The position numbers and the translations under genes were made by a program. From Desulfatiglandales bacterium (GTDB lineage Bacteria; Desulfobacterota; DSM-4660; Desulfatiglandales; Desulfatiglandaceae), in contig OY759599.1 of NCBI GenBank assembly GCA_963662465.1, forward strand, positions 6,112,001 to 6,176,000: a stretch of DNA of 64,000 bases, written 5' to 3'. Shown here piece by piece: positions 9,115-18,506 of this stretch. How positions within the stretch are numbered: the stretch's first letter is position 1; every line of letters begins with the position of its first letter. The notes under the pieces were generated by a model. The model saw only the letters and a program-made list of their open reading frames with translations. It had not been told where the DNA came from and made no database searches.

Positions 9115-10493
9115 AGATCAAAAAAGTCTCCCGCGATATAATCGAGAATAATGTTTTCCAGACGCGACAAATCAAAAAGTCCATATTTAAGCGCCTGTGT
9201 TATGGCTTTCAAAAAAGGTTCCCCGGGATAAGTGCGTTTCAGATGAAGCAACCGACGTAACTTGACCACACCGCGACCGTGACTTCTTTTCTTCAGTTCA
9301 GCCACATACTCATCCAGGATGGCATCCTCTCCCGTCAACAGCTGTTCTTCTTTTGAAGGGATTCGGGGATCTTTTTTTCTTCGAATGGGAACATGGTGAC
9401 CGGGCAGGGTTGTTCGGGTGTTGCGTTTATCCAGTATGCGGTCATGTTCCGCCACTTTTGTGTTTTTGTCGTAAACGATGACCTTGAGCCAATGTTTCTG
9501 TACTTCCAGGGAGTTCCCAATCAGCGCTTCAGGGACTGAATAGCGGTTGGTGTCCAAGTGCACATATCCCTGAACATCGGCTACCCTGTGTTCTGCCACA
9601 TAGACTGGCGGCTGGTATGCCGGTAAATCAATGAGATATGGCTTTTCAATGACATAGGCCTCATCCGGCGTCATCCCTAAAGCCCGTTTAAACTTTTTAT
9701 CGCTTGTATTCCGGCACCAGTCGATTGCCTGCCGGTTCAAATCCTGCCAGCTAACAAATGTTCTACCGGGAAGAAAATTGTTTTCCACAAAATGAAAAGG
9801 CCTTTCCACACGGGCACTTCGATTGGCGTCTCCTACAGCATGGGCCTCAAACCGGGTTCCATACATATCGCCGAAGTATTTCATTTCAGGCGCAATCAAT
9901 GCATCAGGCCCGGTGCCGCCGGCCACAATAACATTGGTGTTGTCAACCATGCACCGGGAACACACCCCGTCCATAAACTCGAATGCTTTTTTTAGGAAAA
10001 CCTTGCACTCAAACCGGGTAAAACAGGGGTAATACTGAATAAAAATCCTTCGGCAAAAGGCCAGGGTCAGGGACGCGCACTGGGTCGACATTTTTTTCCC
10101 ATTAATGACAACCAGATGGGGTGACGTATCATGCTGCATCTCCTGACCGGGTTTAAAATGGTATTGGCCCGCCCGTCTTTTTTTACGTTCCCGGATCTCG
10201 TACTTTCTCATAATCCAGGTCAGACTCTGATAAGGGATTTTGATCTGTTGGCGGCTTTCCAGTTCCTCGGCTACTCGCACGGCATTTCCTTTACATTCCT
10301 TGAAAAGCTCGCGGATCAACGGGACATGTTCTTCATACCGGGAGTTCCTTTGGGGTACCGCCTCTTCGTCATGATCATCTAAAACCTTCGTGACGGTATT
10401 GCGACCGGCCTTCAGGGTTTTGGCGATGTCGCGCAAACTCATGCCGGTTTTTTTCAATTCCACAATGGCATCTTTTTTGGATTGTCGGATCAT
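9111..10493 (-). CDS. istA: IS21-family DDE transposase IstA
   Basis: N-terminal HTH, PGQEMQHD, MVDN, SARVER, NRYSVP; ATGA overlap with istB. Confidence 0.92.
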   Translation of the reverse strand: MIRQSKKDAIVELKKTGMSLRDIAKTLKAGRNTVTKVLDDHDEEAVPQRNSRYEEHVPLIRELFKECKGNAVRVAEELESRQQIKIPYQSLTWIMRKYEIRERKKRRAGQYHFKPGQEMQHDTSPHLVVINGKKMSTQCASLTLAFCRRIFIQYYPCFTRFECKVFLKKAFEFMDGVCSRCMVDNTNVIVAGGTGPDALIAPEMKYFGDMYGTRFEAHAVGDANRSARVERPFHFVENNFLPGRTFVSWQDLNRQAIDWCRNTSDKKFKRALGMTPDEAYVIEKPYLIDLPAYQPPVYVAEHRVADVQGYVHLDTNRYSVPEALIGNSLEVQKHWLKVIVYDKNTKVAEHDRILDKRNTRTTLPGHHVPIRRKKDPRIPSKEEQLLTGEDAILDEYVAELKKRSHGRGVVKLRRLLHLKRTYPGEPFLKAITQALKYGLFDLSRLENIILDYIAGDFFDL

Positions 10494-11374
10494 AATTGGG
10501 TCGCTTTCTTGAGTTCCAGTGCTTGTTTTTCTATCTTTTTCACCCAGGTTTTGAGCGTTTCTTTCTTCAACTGATCGCTTTTTGGGTAATGGACATGCGA
10601 AACGGTTTTCACCAGACGTTTGAGAACCGCATATGCCATTTCAATATCCTTGAACCATTTGCCTTCCGGTCCATCATGAACTTCTTTGGCTTGTTTAGAC
10701 TGGGTTCTTTGTTCGAGAACTTTTATGAAAAGGGATGGATTTTCCAGCATGTGGTCTCGAACAGACCGGTTGCTTTTTTGGTAATGTGCGTAGAAACGGG
10801 CCAGTTCCCTTGTGGATAGAGGTTCTTTTTCCAGGTGGGCCAACAGTTTTTGTGCGTCTTCACCGTTGGCGCGCGCCAACGGCGCCATGACACGGCTGGC
10901 AGCCCAGGTTGAAAGTGAGCCTGCAATCACGGTTCTCAAAATATTTTCCGGCAGGGCTTCAACCAGGTCCAGCCGCCGTTTTACAAAACTCTTGTCGCGC
11001 CCTATTCGGGTTGCAATATGGGAGAGGCTGCACCCAAAACGCCGATGTAATTCCTGAAGTAAAACAGACTGCTCAATGACTTCCCATTGCCGTTCATTGG
11101 CCTTGGTTAAAAGCGAAAACATGGCATTTTGTTCGTTTTCTTTTGAGAATTGGACACATATCCGGTCCTTTCCACAAGCACAAAGCGCTCGAACACGCAG
11201 GTAGCCATCAATCAGAATCAGTTTGTCTTTTTCTTCAATAGCCAGGGCCGGAACGATCTGCCCGTAAGTTTCGATGGAATCCCTCAATCGCTTTAAAGCC
11301 TGGTGATTCATTATCCGGCAATGAGCGTAACGCAACTCCAGCAAATGAATATCAACGGTTCGGATGGATTCCAT
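10490..11374 (-). CDS. ParB/Spo0J-like protein (ParB-N domain plus HTH)
   Basis: LRDSIETYGQIVP...LIDGYLRVRA; HTH SLSHIATRIGRDKSFVKRRL; ATGA overlap with istA. Confidence 0.82.
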   Translation of the reverse strand: MESIRTVDIHLLELRYAHCRIMNHQALKRLRDSIETYGQIVPALAIEEKDKLILIDGYLRVRALCACGKDRICVQFSKENEQNAMFSLLTKANERQWEVIEQSVLLQELHRRFGCSLSHIATRIGRDKSFVKRRLDLVEALPENILRTVIAGSLSTWAASRVMAPLARANGEDAQKLLAHLEKEPLSTRELARFYAHYQKSNRSVRDHMLENPSLFIKVLEQRTQSKQAKEVHDGPEGKWFKDIEMAYAVLKRLVKTVSHVHYPKSDQLKKETLKTWVKKIEKQALELKKATQL

Positions 11375-11771
11375 ACCCAGTCTCCCGAAAGATTTCCTCT
11401 ATGGTTTCTCCAAGACTGACCCAATTTCCTTGCCGGATCTCCTTTACCTGTTTCACAATCACAGGACGTCTGGGAAGCGAAAGAACCTGAAACAGACGGC
11501 CATCAAACCCAATCAGATCCTTGTCCAACAAGCCATCGCGGGCATCGATATATTGATCCAAATGCACCTTTAAAATCCGGCAGATTCTGTCGTAACCATA
11601 ATAAGAGAGCCCGTTTTTGTCAGATACCAACACCAGAAAAATGTAGAGCAGCAGCTCATGATGATTCAGGCTCTCCCAAAAGCCGTTTCTCAAAAAACGA
11701 TGCTCCAGAAAGCCGAAGCTTCCATTGATGACACGCACTCTTTCGGGAAAAAGGACTCTTTTTTTGATCAT
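11352..11771 (-). CDS. Putative winged-helix protein
   Basis: ELLLYIFLVLVSDKNGLSYYGYDRICRIL pattern resembles replication-protein-type HTH; RBS AGGAG. Confidence 0.6.
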   Translation of the reverse strand: MIKKRVLFPERVRVINGSFGFLEHRFLRNGFWESLNHHELLLYIFLVLVSDKNGLSYYGYDRICRILKVHLDQYIDARDGLLDKDLIGFDGRLFQVLSLPRRPVIVKQVKEIRQGNWVSLGETIEEIFRETGYGIHPNR

Positions 11772-11783
11772 TTTTTTCTCCTG

Positions 11784-12200
11784 TCATGGATATGGGGTTT
11801 TCTCAAAGCCTGTTACATCTGAAAAAACCCTCCCTGCATAAGCACGGCGAGGAAAATGGTCCACAACAACCCCGATCGACCCGCAAAAAAGACAGCTGGG
11901 TCGGTTCCCCGACCGCTTTTTGGGTTCAATATCACAGTCTTTTTGAGGTGTTGAACTATCATCACCAGGGTTCAGTCCATTTTTTTTGGATTTTTTTGTT
12001 TTTTCGTACAAACGACGGCGCTCTTTCCCTTTTTTCGAATTGCGGTATTTCCCCTGAGCTTTCCGGTGCAGCTGTCTTTGGCGTATCCTGCGACATCGTT
12101 CCCCACAATAGGCCTGGCCACGCCAACACGACCGACAGACGTGAAAAAAGCAACCACAACATCGGCATTGAACCACTCTTAAAAGGACATCTCCCATCAT
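11784..12200 (-). CDS. Cys-rich basic putative zinc-finger protein (start uncertain)
   Basis: CRCC..CRSC..YCGERC, R/K-rich stretch, C-terminal CLFCG. Confidence 0.6.
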   Translation of the reverse strand: MMGDVLLRVVQCRCCGCFFHVCRSCWRGQAYCGERCRRIRQRQLHRKAQGKYRNSKKGKERRRLYEKTKKSKKNGLNPGDDSSTPQKDCDIEPKKRSGNRPSCLFCGSIGVVVDHFPRRAYAGRVFSDVTGFEKTPYP

Positions 12201-12276
12201 TCCGGCCTTGCAATTGGCCGGAAACACACTTATATAAAATTGGCGTGTGTGTGGCTTCCGGCTCTATCCGGTGGTC

Positions 12277-12312
12277 AAAAAAGAAGGCCCGAAGCGGCTA
12301 CTTCGGGCCTTC
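12277..12312 (-). terminator. Intrinsic-terminator-like hairpin upstream of the transposon genes
   Basis: Perfect 12-bp stem GAAGGCCCGAAG/CTTCGGGCCTTC followed by T6 on the minus strand. Confidence 0.65.
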
Positions 12313-12512
12313 ACCATCCATTCTACAAAGTAAATCGCATTTCCACTTAACCAAGCCTCTGTCTTGGAAGAAGAAAACCAAATCCAAAGAAAATAGATTT
12401 TCTAAAAATTTATTGAAAAGTAAATCTACATCAACGACTCCTTTGCCGCCACTTATGGATCCCTCATCGTTCGCTATACCTGAGGGCCGTACTCACCGGC
12501 GGTGACAGCCAA

Positions 12513-12555
12513 TGGTTCAATTTCCATTAGCAAACTTGGTTCAGTTTTGATTAGC
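12513..12555 (-). repeat. Right-end tandem 19-bp repeats, 24-bp period
   Basis: Minus strand GCTAATCAAAACTGAACCA / GCTAATGGAAATTGAACCA. Confidence 0.8.
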
Positions 12556-12562
12556 GTTGAAG

Positions 12563-12739
12563 CTTTACACACTCCAAAGGCTTCTTACTCATAAAAGCCC
12601 ATCTATGACCATGAGATACGCCCATCTAAGGGATGACGCCCTACGGGATGCTTCACAGGTGGCTGGGGATATCGTTAATGATGCCATGGTGGGGAAGAAA
12701 AAAGAAAACAAGGTTGTCAATTTGGAGGCATGGAGATAA
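12563..12739 (+). pseudogene. Tyrosine integrase, 3' part with catalytic His/Tyr
   Basis: LYTLQRLLTHKSPSMTMRYAHL continues the fragment ending at 7837. Confidence 0.88.
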
Positions 12740-13242
12740 TGGTGGAACTGGTTCCAGTGGAACGGATATTTGGGAAGATATTTTTGATTCGAGATACAAA
12801 GGTTATGCTGGATCGGGATTTGGCGGAGCTTTACGGGGTTGAAACAAGGGTTTTAAAACAGGCCGTAAGGCGGAATATCAAAAGGTTTCCATCTGATTTT
12901 ATGTTTGATTTGACAAAAGAAGAGTTCCAAAATTGGAGGTCACAAATTGTGATGTCCAATTCTGAAAAGATGGGGCTTAGACGTCCACCCATGGCCTTTA
13001 CCGAACAAGGGGTTGCTATGCTATCGAGCGTCCTTAGAAGCGATACGGCTATACAGGCAAACATCCAGATCATGAGGGCATTCACGCAACTCCGACAAAT
13101 GCTTATGAGCAATGAGGATTTGAGAAAGAAAATTGAGATCATTGAACTGAAATATGACCGACAGTTCAAGGTGGTGTTTGATGCCATCAAACAATTGATG
13201 GTGCCGGAGGATGAAACAGGGAAAGAAAGAATCGGCTTTTAG
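12739..13242 (+). CDS. ORF6N-domain DNA-binding protein
   Basis: VMLDRDLAELYGVET..QAVRRN..RFPSDFMF..FTEQGVAMLSSVL; TAATG overlap with int. Confidence 0.9.
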   Translation: MVELVPVERIFGKIFLIRDTKVMLDRDLAELYGVETRVLKQAVRRNIKRFPSDFMFDLTKEEFQNWRSQIVMSNSEKMGLRRPPMAFTEQGVAMLSSVLRSDTAIQANIQIMRAFTQLRQMLMSNEDLRKKIEIIELKYDRQFKVVFDAIKQLMVPEDETGKERIGF

Positions 13243-13256
13243 CCGGTTTAACAGTT

Positions 13257-13334
13257 TCAGGGGATAGGCCAGGGAGTAGCTACCCGAGCCGAACGGCGCC
13301 TTTCCTGGGGCGCTTTCCCCTGATTTCTACCAGG
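13257..13334 (+). ncRNA. Candidate structured RNA (three-way junction)
   Basis: Outer stem TCAGGGGA/TCCCCTGA enclosing two hairpins; folded by eye only. Confidence 0.4.
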
Positions 13335-13356
13335 CCGCTTACAGAAGGCGGGCGTT

Positions 13357-13884
13357 ATGGACAATATTTCACAGTTGGTGTGTCGGTTACTTGACGGTGT
13401 TACGGATGACAAGGGCGACCACGTCACTATCGAAATTTCAAAAGGTGATTTTCGCGAGATTATTCTAAGCCTGGGCGCTGCGATTCAATATAAAAAAGAG
13501 AATTCCGAAAACGAAACCTTAAAAGATGCCCTCATGGATTACCATGAGCAAGCGCTTGCCGTTTTCAAAAGCGCTCAAACGGAAGCTGAGGGGCTTCGGA
13601 AAGCAAAAAAAGCCTTTGGGTGGAGTTTTAAAAAACCTGTCAACAAAGGTGCTGTTTTTTGGGATTACATCAAGTTGATAACCGGGAATTACGACCTTGA
13701 AACAAAAACGGAAACAGTCCCCATTTCAAAAACGGAAGCCGTTGAAAAAATCCGCCAAAAATATGAGCTTGCATCATGGGAAGCCGCTTACAAACAAATC
13801 CAGCAGGCTATTAAAGATCGTAAGGTAAAGTTTGGTGATGAAGGTTACAAAGGATTGCTCCCCCCTAATTGGCCGGATGGATAA
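13357..13884 (+). CDS. Hypothetical protein
   Basis: 175-aa ORF, co-directional with element genes. Confidence 0.65.
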   Translation: MDNISQLVCRLLDGVTDDKGDHVTIEISKGDFREIILSLGAAIQYKKENSENETLKDALMDYHEQALAVFKSAQTEAEGLRKAKKAFGWSFKKPVNKGAVFWDYIKLITGNYDLETKTETVPISKTEAVEKIRQKYELASWEAAYKQIQQAIKDRKVKFGDEGYKGLLPPNWPDG

Positions 13885-14008
13885 TCATAAAGACAAAATT
13901 TAATCAATATTTGTTTGTTAGATAAATATTATACCCTGTTTTACCTTAAAGGCGCATTCGAATTGAATGCGTCTTTTTTTTTACCATTTAAACAACGGGG
14001 GATTAACA

Positions 14009-14200
14009 ATGCAGAAAACAGAGAATTTCATGAACGATCGGGAGGCTGCGGAATTTTTGAGGCTGAGTCCTCAAACGCTACGGAATTGGAGGACTCAAAG
14101 CAAAGGGCCAGTCTACATCAAGGCAGGCAGGGCCATTCGTTACGCTATGGAAGATTTGAGAGCGTACATGAATCAGAACCGGGTGGACAACGCCCATTAG
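14009..14200 (+). CDS. AlpA/excisionase-like HTH protein
   Basis: EAAEFLRLSPQTLRNWR..GPVYIKAGRAIRY. Confidence 0.88.
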   Translation: MQKTENFMNDREAAEFLRLSPQTLRNWRTQSKGPVYIKAGRAIRYAMEDLRAYMNQNRVDNAH

Positions 14201-14470
14201 AAAGGAGGTGGCAATTATGAAAACAATACTTGTGATGGGGCGGGTATTTAAAATCAGCGATGTCGCACACATCGGGAAATAACAAAACGGGCGGGAAATG
14301 CTTCTGACGTCGGAACATATCTAACCAATATTTTTGAAAGGAAATGGCAAAACAAAAACAAGTATTCCTTAACGGAAATCATGCAGACTGAAATAAATGT
14401 GTTGGCCGATGAATAAACGGAAAAGCCCCTCCCCTGGGGCAATCAGGGGAAGGGGCCATGAGGTGATACG

Positions 14471-15471
14471 ATGAACTTAACAAGTAATAATTTAACGGTT
14501 GATGAGGCGAAAGTCAAGGATTTCGTCCATGGCCGGATGGAGGCGGTGGAGAATGGATTTCTTTGCATATGGTGTCAAAAAGGCAAGGATGGGCCGAAGC
14601 GGAGCAAGTTCTTTGGGCCAGATGAGAGTGATCAGGCCGCCCTCTATTGTGCCGATATGGCAAAAAAGGGGTGGGATGTGTACTTTGGGCAGGGGTTTCT
14701 CAAAAACCCTTTACAGAGTCCGCTCCGGGGCAAGGAATCGGATGTGGTGGCCATTATTTGCTTTTGGTTCGATTGCGACATAAGGGGCGGCGTCCACAAA
14801 GAAAATCCAAAGAACCTACCAACAGAAGGAGAATCGAAAGCCTTTTTTCGTGATGAGATCCCATTCAAGCCATCGCAAGTCATCCATTCAGGTGGTGGCC
14901 TACATCTCTATTGGCTATTTGACGAACCCTTCATCATTAAAACAGAAAACGATCGAGCCTTCATCAAAGACATTTCAAGCCGGTTTCAGCTCTTGATTAT
15001 TGAAAAGATGAAATCCCATGGTTGGAAACAGGACAACACAAGCGATCTTGTGCGGGTGCTGCGGGTGCTGCGGGTGCCTGGGACTTTCAATTTTAAAAGT
15101 AAGCCGGTTATGGTGGAGGTGATTTGATGGAGTCTACAAATTACAGATATGGGATTTACCCTATCATGGAATGGGTTGACCTGGAATATGACAAACAAGA
15201 GTCCCATGAACAGTCCACGGGTGATCACGACAACACCCACAGGGACACACAAAGGGCCATCCAAGCATGCGAGTATCTCCGCCATTGCAGAGACCATGCG
15301 GCGGGGCTTACGGAGCCTGAATGGTGGGCCATGGTTTGCGCCCTTGCTCTTGAGCATGATGCGGAAAAAATTATTCATGAAATGTCACAGGGTTATCCAG
15401 GGTACACAGAAAAAGAAACCAACAAAAAGATAAAGGAGATTAAAAAATGCAAAACTCCAGTGAACTTTTAG
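14471..15471 (+). pseudogene. Primase (RepB/AEP-like domain 14471-15127; primase-C-terminal-like part 15127-15471)
   Basis: WFDCD, HSGGGLHLYW, RVLRVPGT; then LTEPEWWAM; split at TGATG. Confidence 0.7.
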
Positions 15472-16522
15472 AAGAAATCCAAGGGCTTTCGGATGCTACG
15501 GAACCCACAGAAAAAAGATACAAAACCAATGATTGCACAACGGAAAAGATGGTTGAACTTCTTTCAACTAATCCGAGGGGGCTTTTATACTTTCGGGATG
15601 AGCTTGTGGGCCTATTCCGGCGGATGGATAAGCCTGGGTATGAACAGGACAGGGCCTTCCTCATTGAGTCATGGAGCGGGAATGGGGAGCATACGGATGA
15701 TAGGATTAATCGGGGGACCATCAGGGCCAAGAACTTGTGTATCTCTATGTTGGGCAGTATCCAGCCGGGGAAGTTGGCGGGTTATCTACGGCAAGCCATA
15801 TCAGGTGATGACAACGACGGTTTTGTTCAAAGGCTTCAAATGATGGTTTACCCGGATTTGCCTAAGTTTGCTTACATAGATCGGTGGCCGGATGTGGAAG
15901 CAAAAAACAGGTGTTATGAAATTATCAGGGATTTGGCGAATTCAGATTTTGACGCATTCAGTATGGGTAATGATTTTGAACAGGATGAATCCGGGCCTTT
16001 CCTCAAATTTGACGATGAAGCGCAAGAGGTGTTTGAAGAGTGGTTCATGGACTTGCAATCAAAGATTGAGGCTGAAGATGAGCATCCCGCTCTCATTGAG
16101 CGGGGAAGTACAGATCTCTTATGCCATCATTGGCGTTAATTTTCCATCTTATCGAGCTTGCGGATGGAACGGGCGAGGGCGCTATTTCCAAGAGGTGTGC
16201 AATACAGGCAGCGGCATGGTGTGACTACCTTGAATCACACGCCAGGCGGATATATGGCATGGTGCTTGACGGTGCTGCTATTGCGGCGGCTGTACTGTCA
16301 CAAAAGATTGAAACCAAAAAGCTGGAATCCCCATTTAAGATCAGAACCATTCAGAGAAAGGGATGGGCGAGATTAACGGATAATTCCGAAATCTGGGAGG
16401 CTGTTTTGTATTTGGCCGATGCCGGATGGGTTCGGGAAAAGGAACCGGATCAAAAGAAATGGGGCAGACATGCGGAACCCGAATGGGAAATCAACCCTAA
16501 TGTTTTTTCATATATTCACTAA
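15447..16522 (+). pseudogene. DUF3987-like replication protein, 5'-truncated and frameshifted near 16100
   Basis: NDCTTEKM..NPRGLLYFRDELVG..DRINRG..GSIQP..DGFVQRL; resumes as GKYRSLMPSLALIFHL in another frame. Confidence 0.75.
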
Positions 16523-16527
16523 AAGGA

Positions 16528-16573
16528 GTACCGACAAAACCGACAGAAGTAGTTTTGTCAGTTTTGTCAGTAC
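16528..16573. repeat. Inverted iteron-like repeats of a (C/T)GACAAAA unit
   Basis: GTACCGACAAAACCGACAGAA-GTAG-TTTTGTCAGTTTTGTCAGTAC; another pair at 16709-16729. Confidence 0.75.
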
Positions 16574-16610
16574 CCAATTAAGGGAATAAGCGTTTTTTTT
16601 AGGTGATCAC

Positions 16611-17090
16611 ATGAAATGGATTAACGAACTTGAAAAAATAAAAAGTCCAGATCCCAAAATAACAGGGAAGGATAATCTTAATGATTTCTTGTGTGACGTA
16701 AAACCCCATACCGACAAAAGTGACAAAACGCCCACAACAGAAAAGCGAGAAAACGAAAGAACTGGTTATCCCATACCCACAGATGAAAATGAATTTGCCA
16801 GGGACGAACGGCAAGCCATCATTGAATTTGATGGTGGAGGCCAGGGGGTCCCCTACATCGGGCCGGTGGCCGTCAAAACGAATTCTAAAATCCTGGCCAC
16901 GGTTGATGTCCATCCTGAACCTGATCAGGCGGTGGTGGGCGGGGTGAAATATTCCAAGGTTGAATTGGCGGACCTGCTATCCCGAAAGATATCCCATGAT
17001 GATCTGTTAACAGTCCATCGAGCGAAACAAGAATTTGAGGGGGCGGTGGTCCCCAATAATCATAAGGAGATGAAAAATGACAAGTTTTGA
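16611..17090 (+). CDS. Hypothetical protein
   Basis: 159-aa ORF, RBS AGGTGA. Confidence 0.55.
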   Translation: MKWINELEKIKSPDPKITGKDNLNDFLCDVKPHTDKSDKTPTTEKRENERTGYPIPTDENEFARDERQAIIEFDGGGQGVPYIGPVAVKTNSKILATVDVHPEPDQAVVGGVKYSKVELADLLSRKISHDDLLTVHRAKQEFEGAVVPNNHKEMKNDKF

Positions 17091-17241
17091 AAATGGTGAT
17101 TTGGCGGAGCTTAACACATCCATTGAAACCCTGGTCCTGGCTATTCGCGAGGTCGGCAATGACGTTGCGGCTGAACTTAAAAATTTAACGAAAGCGGTTC
17201 ACAATATCCAGGCAGAGGGCTTGAACATTTGGACTGAATGA
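17077..17241 (+). CDS. Small hypothetical protein (54 aa)
   Basis: AAGGAG RBS; MTSFENGDLAEL...NIWTE*. Confidence 0.45.
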   Translation: MTSFENGDLAELNTSIETLVLAIREVGNDVAAELKNLTKAVHNIQAEGLNIWTE

Positions 17242-17336
17242 AAAAGGGGGTAGCAGAAGGATCTGGCGTGTTGGTGTAAACCAGGGACCCCTTGCCATGG
17301 GGATGTGTTGTTGGATGTGGCAAATGGAGGCAAAAG

Positions 17337-17549
17337 ATGAGTGAAAAAGAAGAGTTGAAATCGGAGATTGAACATCTCAAAGCGCAAGTGGATTGTTTGA
17401 ACTTTGCTATTATGGGGATACAGGCGGCGCTTGCGGTGAGTCTGGATGAAGACAATGGCACCATTCCCGTTATCATAGATAGGGTTTCGATCCTTGAAGA
17501 TACGATGGGGCGATTGATAACCGGGCCAGAAGCCAGGGTTTTGAATTGA
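17337..17549 (+). CDS. Small hypothetical protein
   Basis: GGAGG RBS; MSEKEELKSEIEHLK... Confidence 0.5.
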   Translation: MSEKEELKSEIEHLKAQVDCLNFAIMGIQAALAVSLDEDNGTIPVIIDRVSILEDTMGRLITGPEARVLN

Positions 17550-18010
17550 GATGGTGGGCATAGGGGGCCTAGCTCTCTGCGGGTCCCTCTATGCGTTTCC
17601 CCCATACGAGGCTGAGATGGGCAAGGCTTCACAATTTTTTCCACAAAAACATAGGTGAACCGAATTTAATTAGAGGAGTCTAACAATGGAAGTTACGACA
17701 AAACAATTGGATGATCTTAACGATTCTCACAGGCATGGCACAAATGGCGGATATCAAGACTATTGAAAAACGTATTGCGGATGGTTCATAGTTTGGAAAT
17801 CGGTGTATTGATTTTAAACCCCTAAGAGGACCCTTGAACGTACCAGACAGGCCAGGTTAAGCGTTAAAGCCCAAAGGCATACCATGGCAAAGATTATTGA
17901 TCAATAACCATACAGAGCGATCTTGTTTGATGGAGAGTGATTTTAAATAAGCCTTGCCATTTAGCCGAGATTGCACGAAAACGATCAGATCCATATCAGG
18001 GTATAGACTG

Positions 18011-18043
18011 AAAAACGGTTTCCAGGAATGGGGCCGTTTTTTT
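18011..18043 (+). terminator. Intrinsic terminator, possibly bidirectional
   Basis: AAAAACGGTTTCCA-GGAA-TGGGGCCGTTTTTTT; similar to 51308-51340. Confidence 0.6.
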
Positions 18044-18307
18044 GTCGGAATCAGGGATGATTGTTTGATTTCCGTACACGGTTTTCAAATATCTATTTCA
18101 TAAGGCTGTCAGATCAACCAGAATCGACGAACGGGCTTAAGCCCATGGCCAGGTGGCCACAAAGGTGTATTATGTTGTGGTGGGAATTATGAGACAGTTG
18201 CCGGGTTCCCGGTATCGGGAAGGGGTTTTTAGGGTTAATAGGGTTTTTAGGTAAGATTCAGAAAATGATTTTTTCAGGCCATCTCTTGATAGGGGTGGCC
18301 CTTTTTT

Positions 18308-18456
18308 GTGGGGGACGGTGTGGGGGAAGATGATTTTTTTTTATCCGGCAACGGAAATCTTTCAGGGGAACCTATCCAGATTTAATTTTCCATGAACGGG
18401 ATGAACCCCATGAAAAGGCCCATTTACCGGGTTGATGTGGGGGATAGTGTGGGGGA
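18308..18456. repeat. Two pairs of GTGGGGGA-N4-GTGGGGGA repeats (putative integrase arm sites)
   Basis: 18308-18327 and 18437-18456; the same pair occurs at 51724-51743. Confidence 0.7.
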
Positions 18457-18472
18457 CAGGAAAACAGGTCAC

Positions 18473-18506
18473 AAAAAAAGGGCTTACGAAATTAATGTAA
18501 GCCCTT
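18473..18506 (-). terminator. Terminator after tRNA-Arg
   Basis: AAGGGCTTAC-N9-GTAAGCCCTT followed by a T run on the minus strand. Confidence 0.75.

Larger units (their letters stand above)
7838..12562 (-). mobile_element. IS21-like transposon, 4725 bp, with four accessory genes
   Basis: 8-bp TSD CTTTACAC at 7830-7837 and 12563-12570; 35-bp terminal IRs match 27/35; istA and istB present; removal restores the integrase frame. Confidence 0.92.

Noticed and set aside
11786..12505. 239-aa plus-strand ORF in the transposon
   Set aside because: Antisense to the Zn-finger gene and runs across the hairpin leader; no motifs
15125..15127. TGA in the primase as selenocysteine or readthrough
   Set aside because: The continuation is in another frame and the region has other lesions
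17551..17559. ATGGTGGGC as the second att copy of tRNA-Arg
   Set aside because: Only 9 bp and internal to the island, not beyond the integrase
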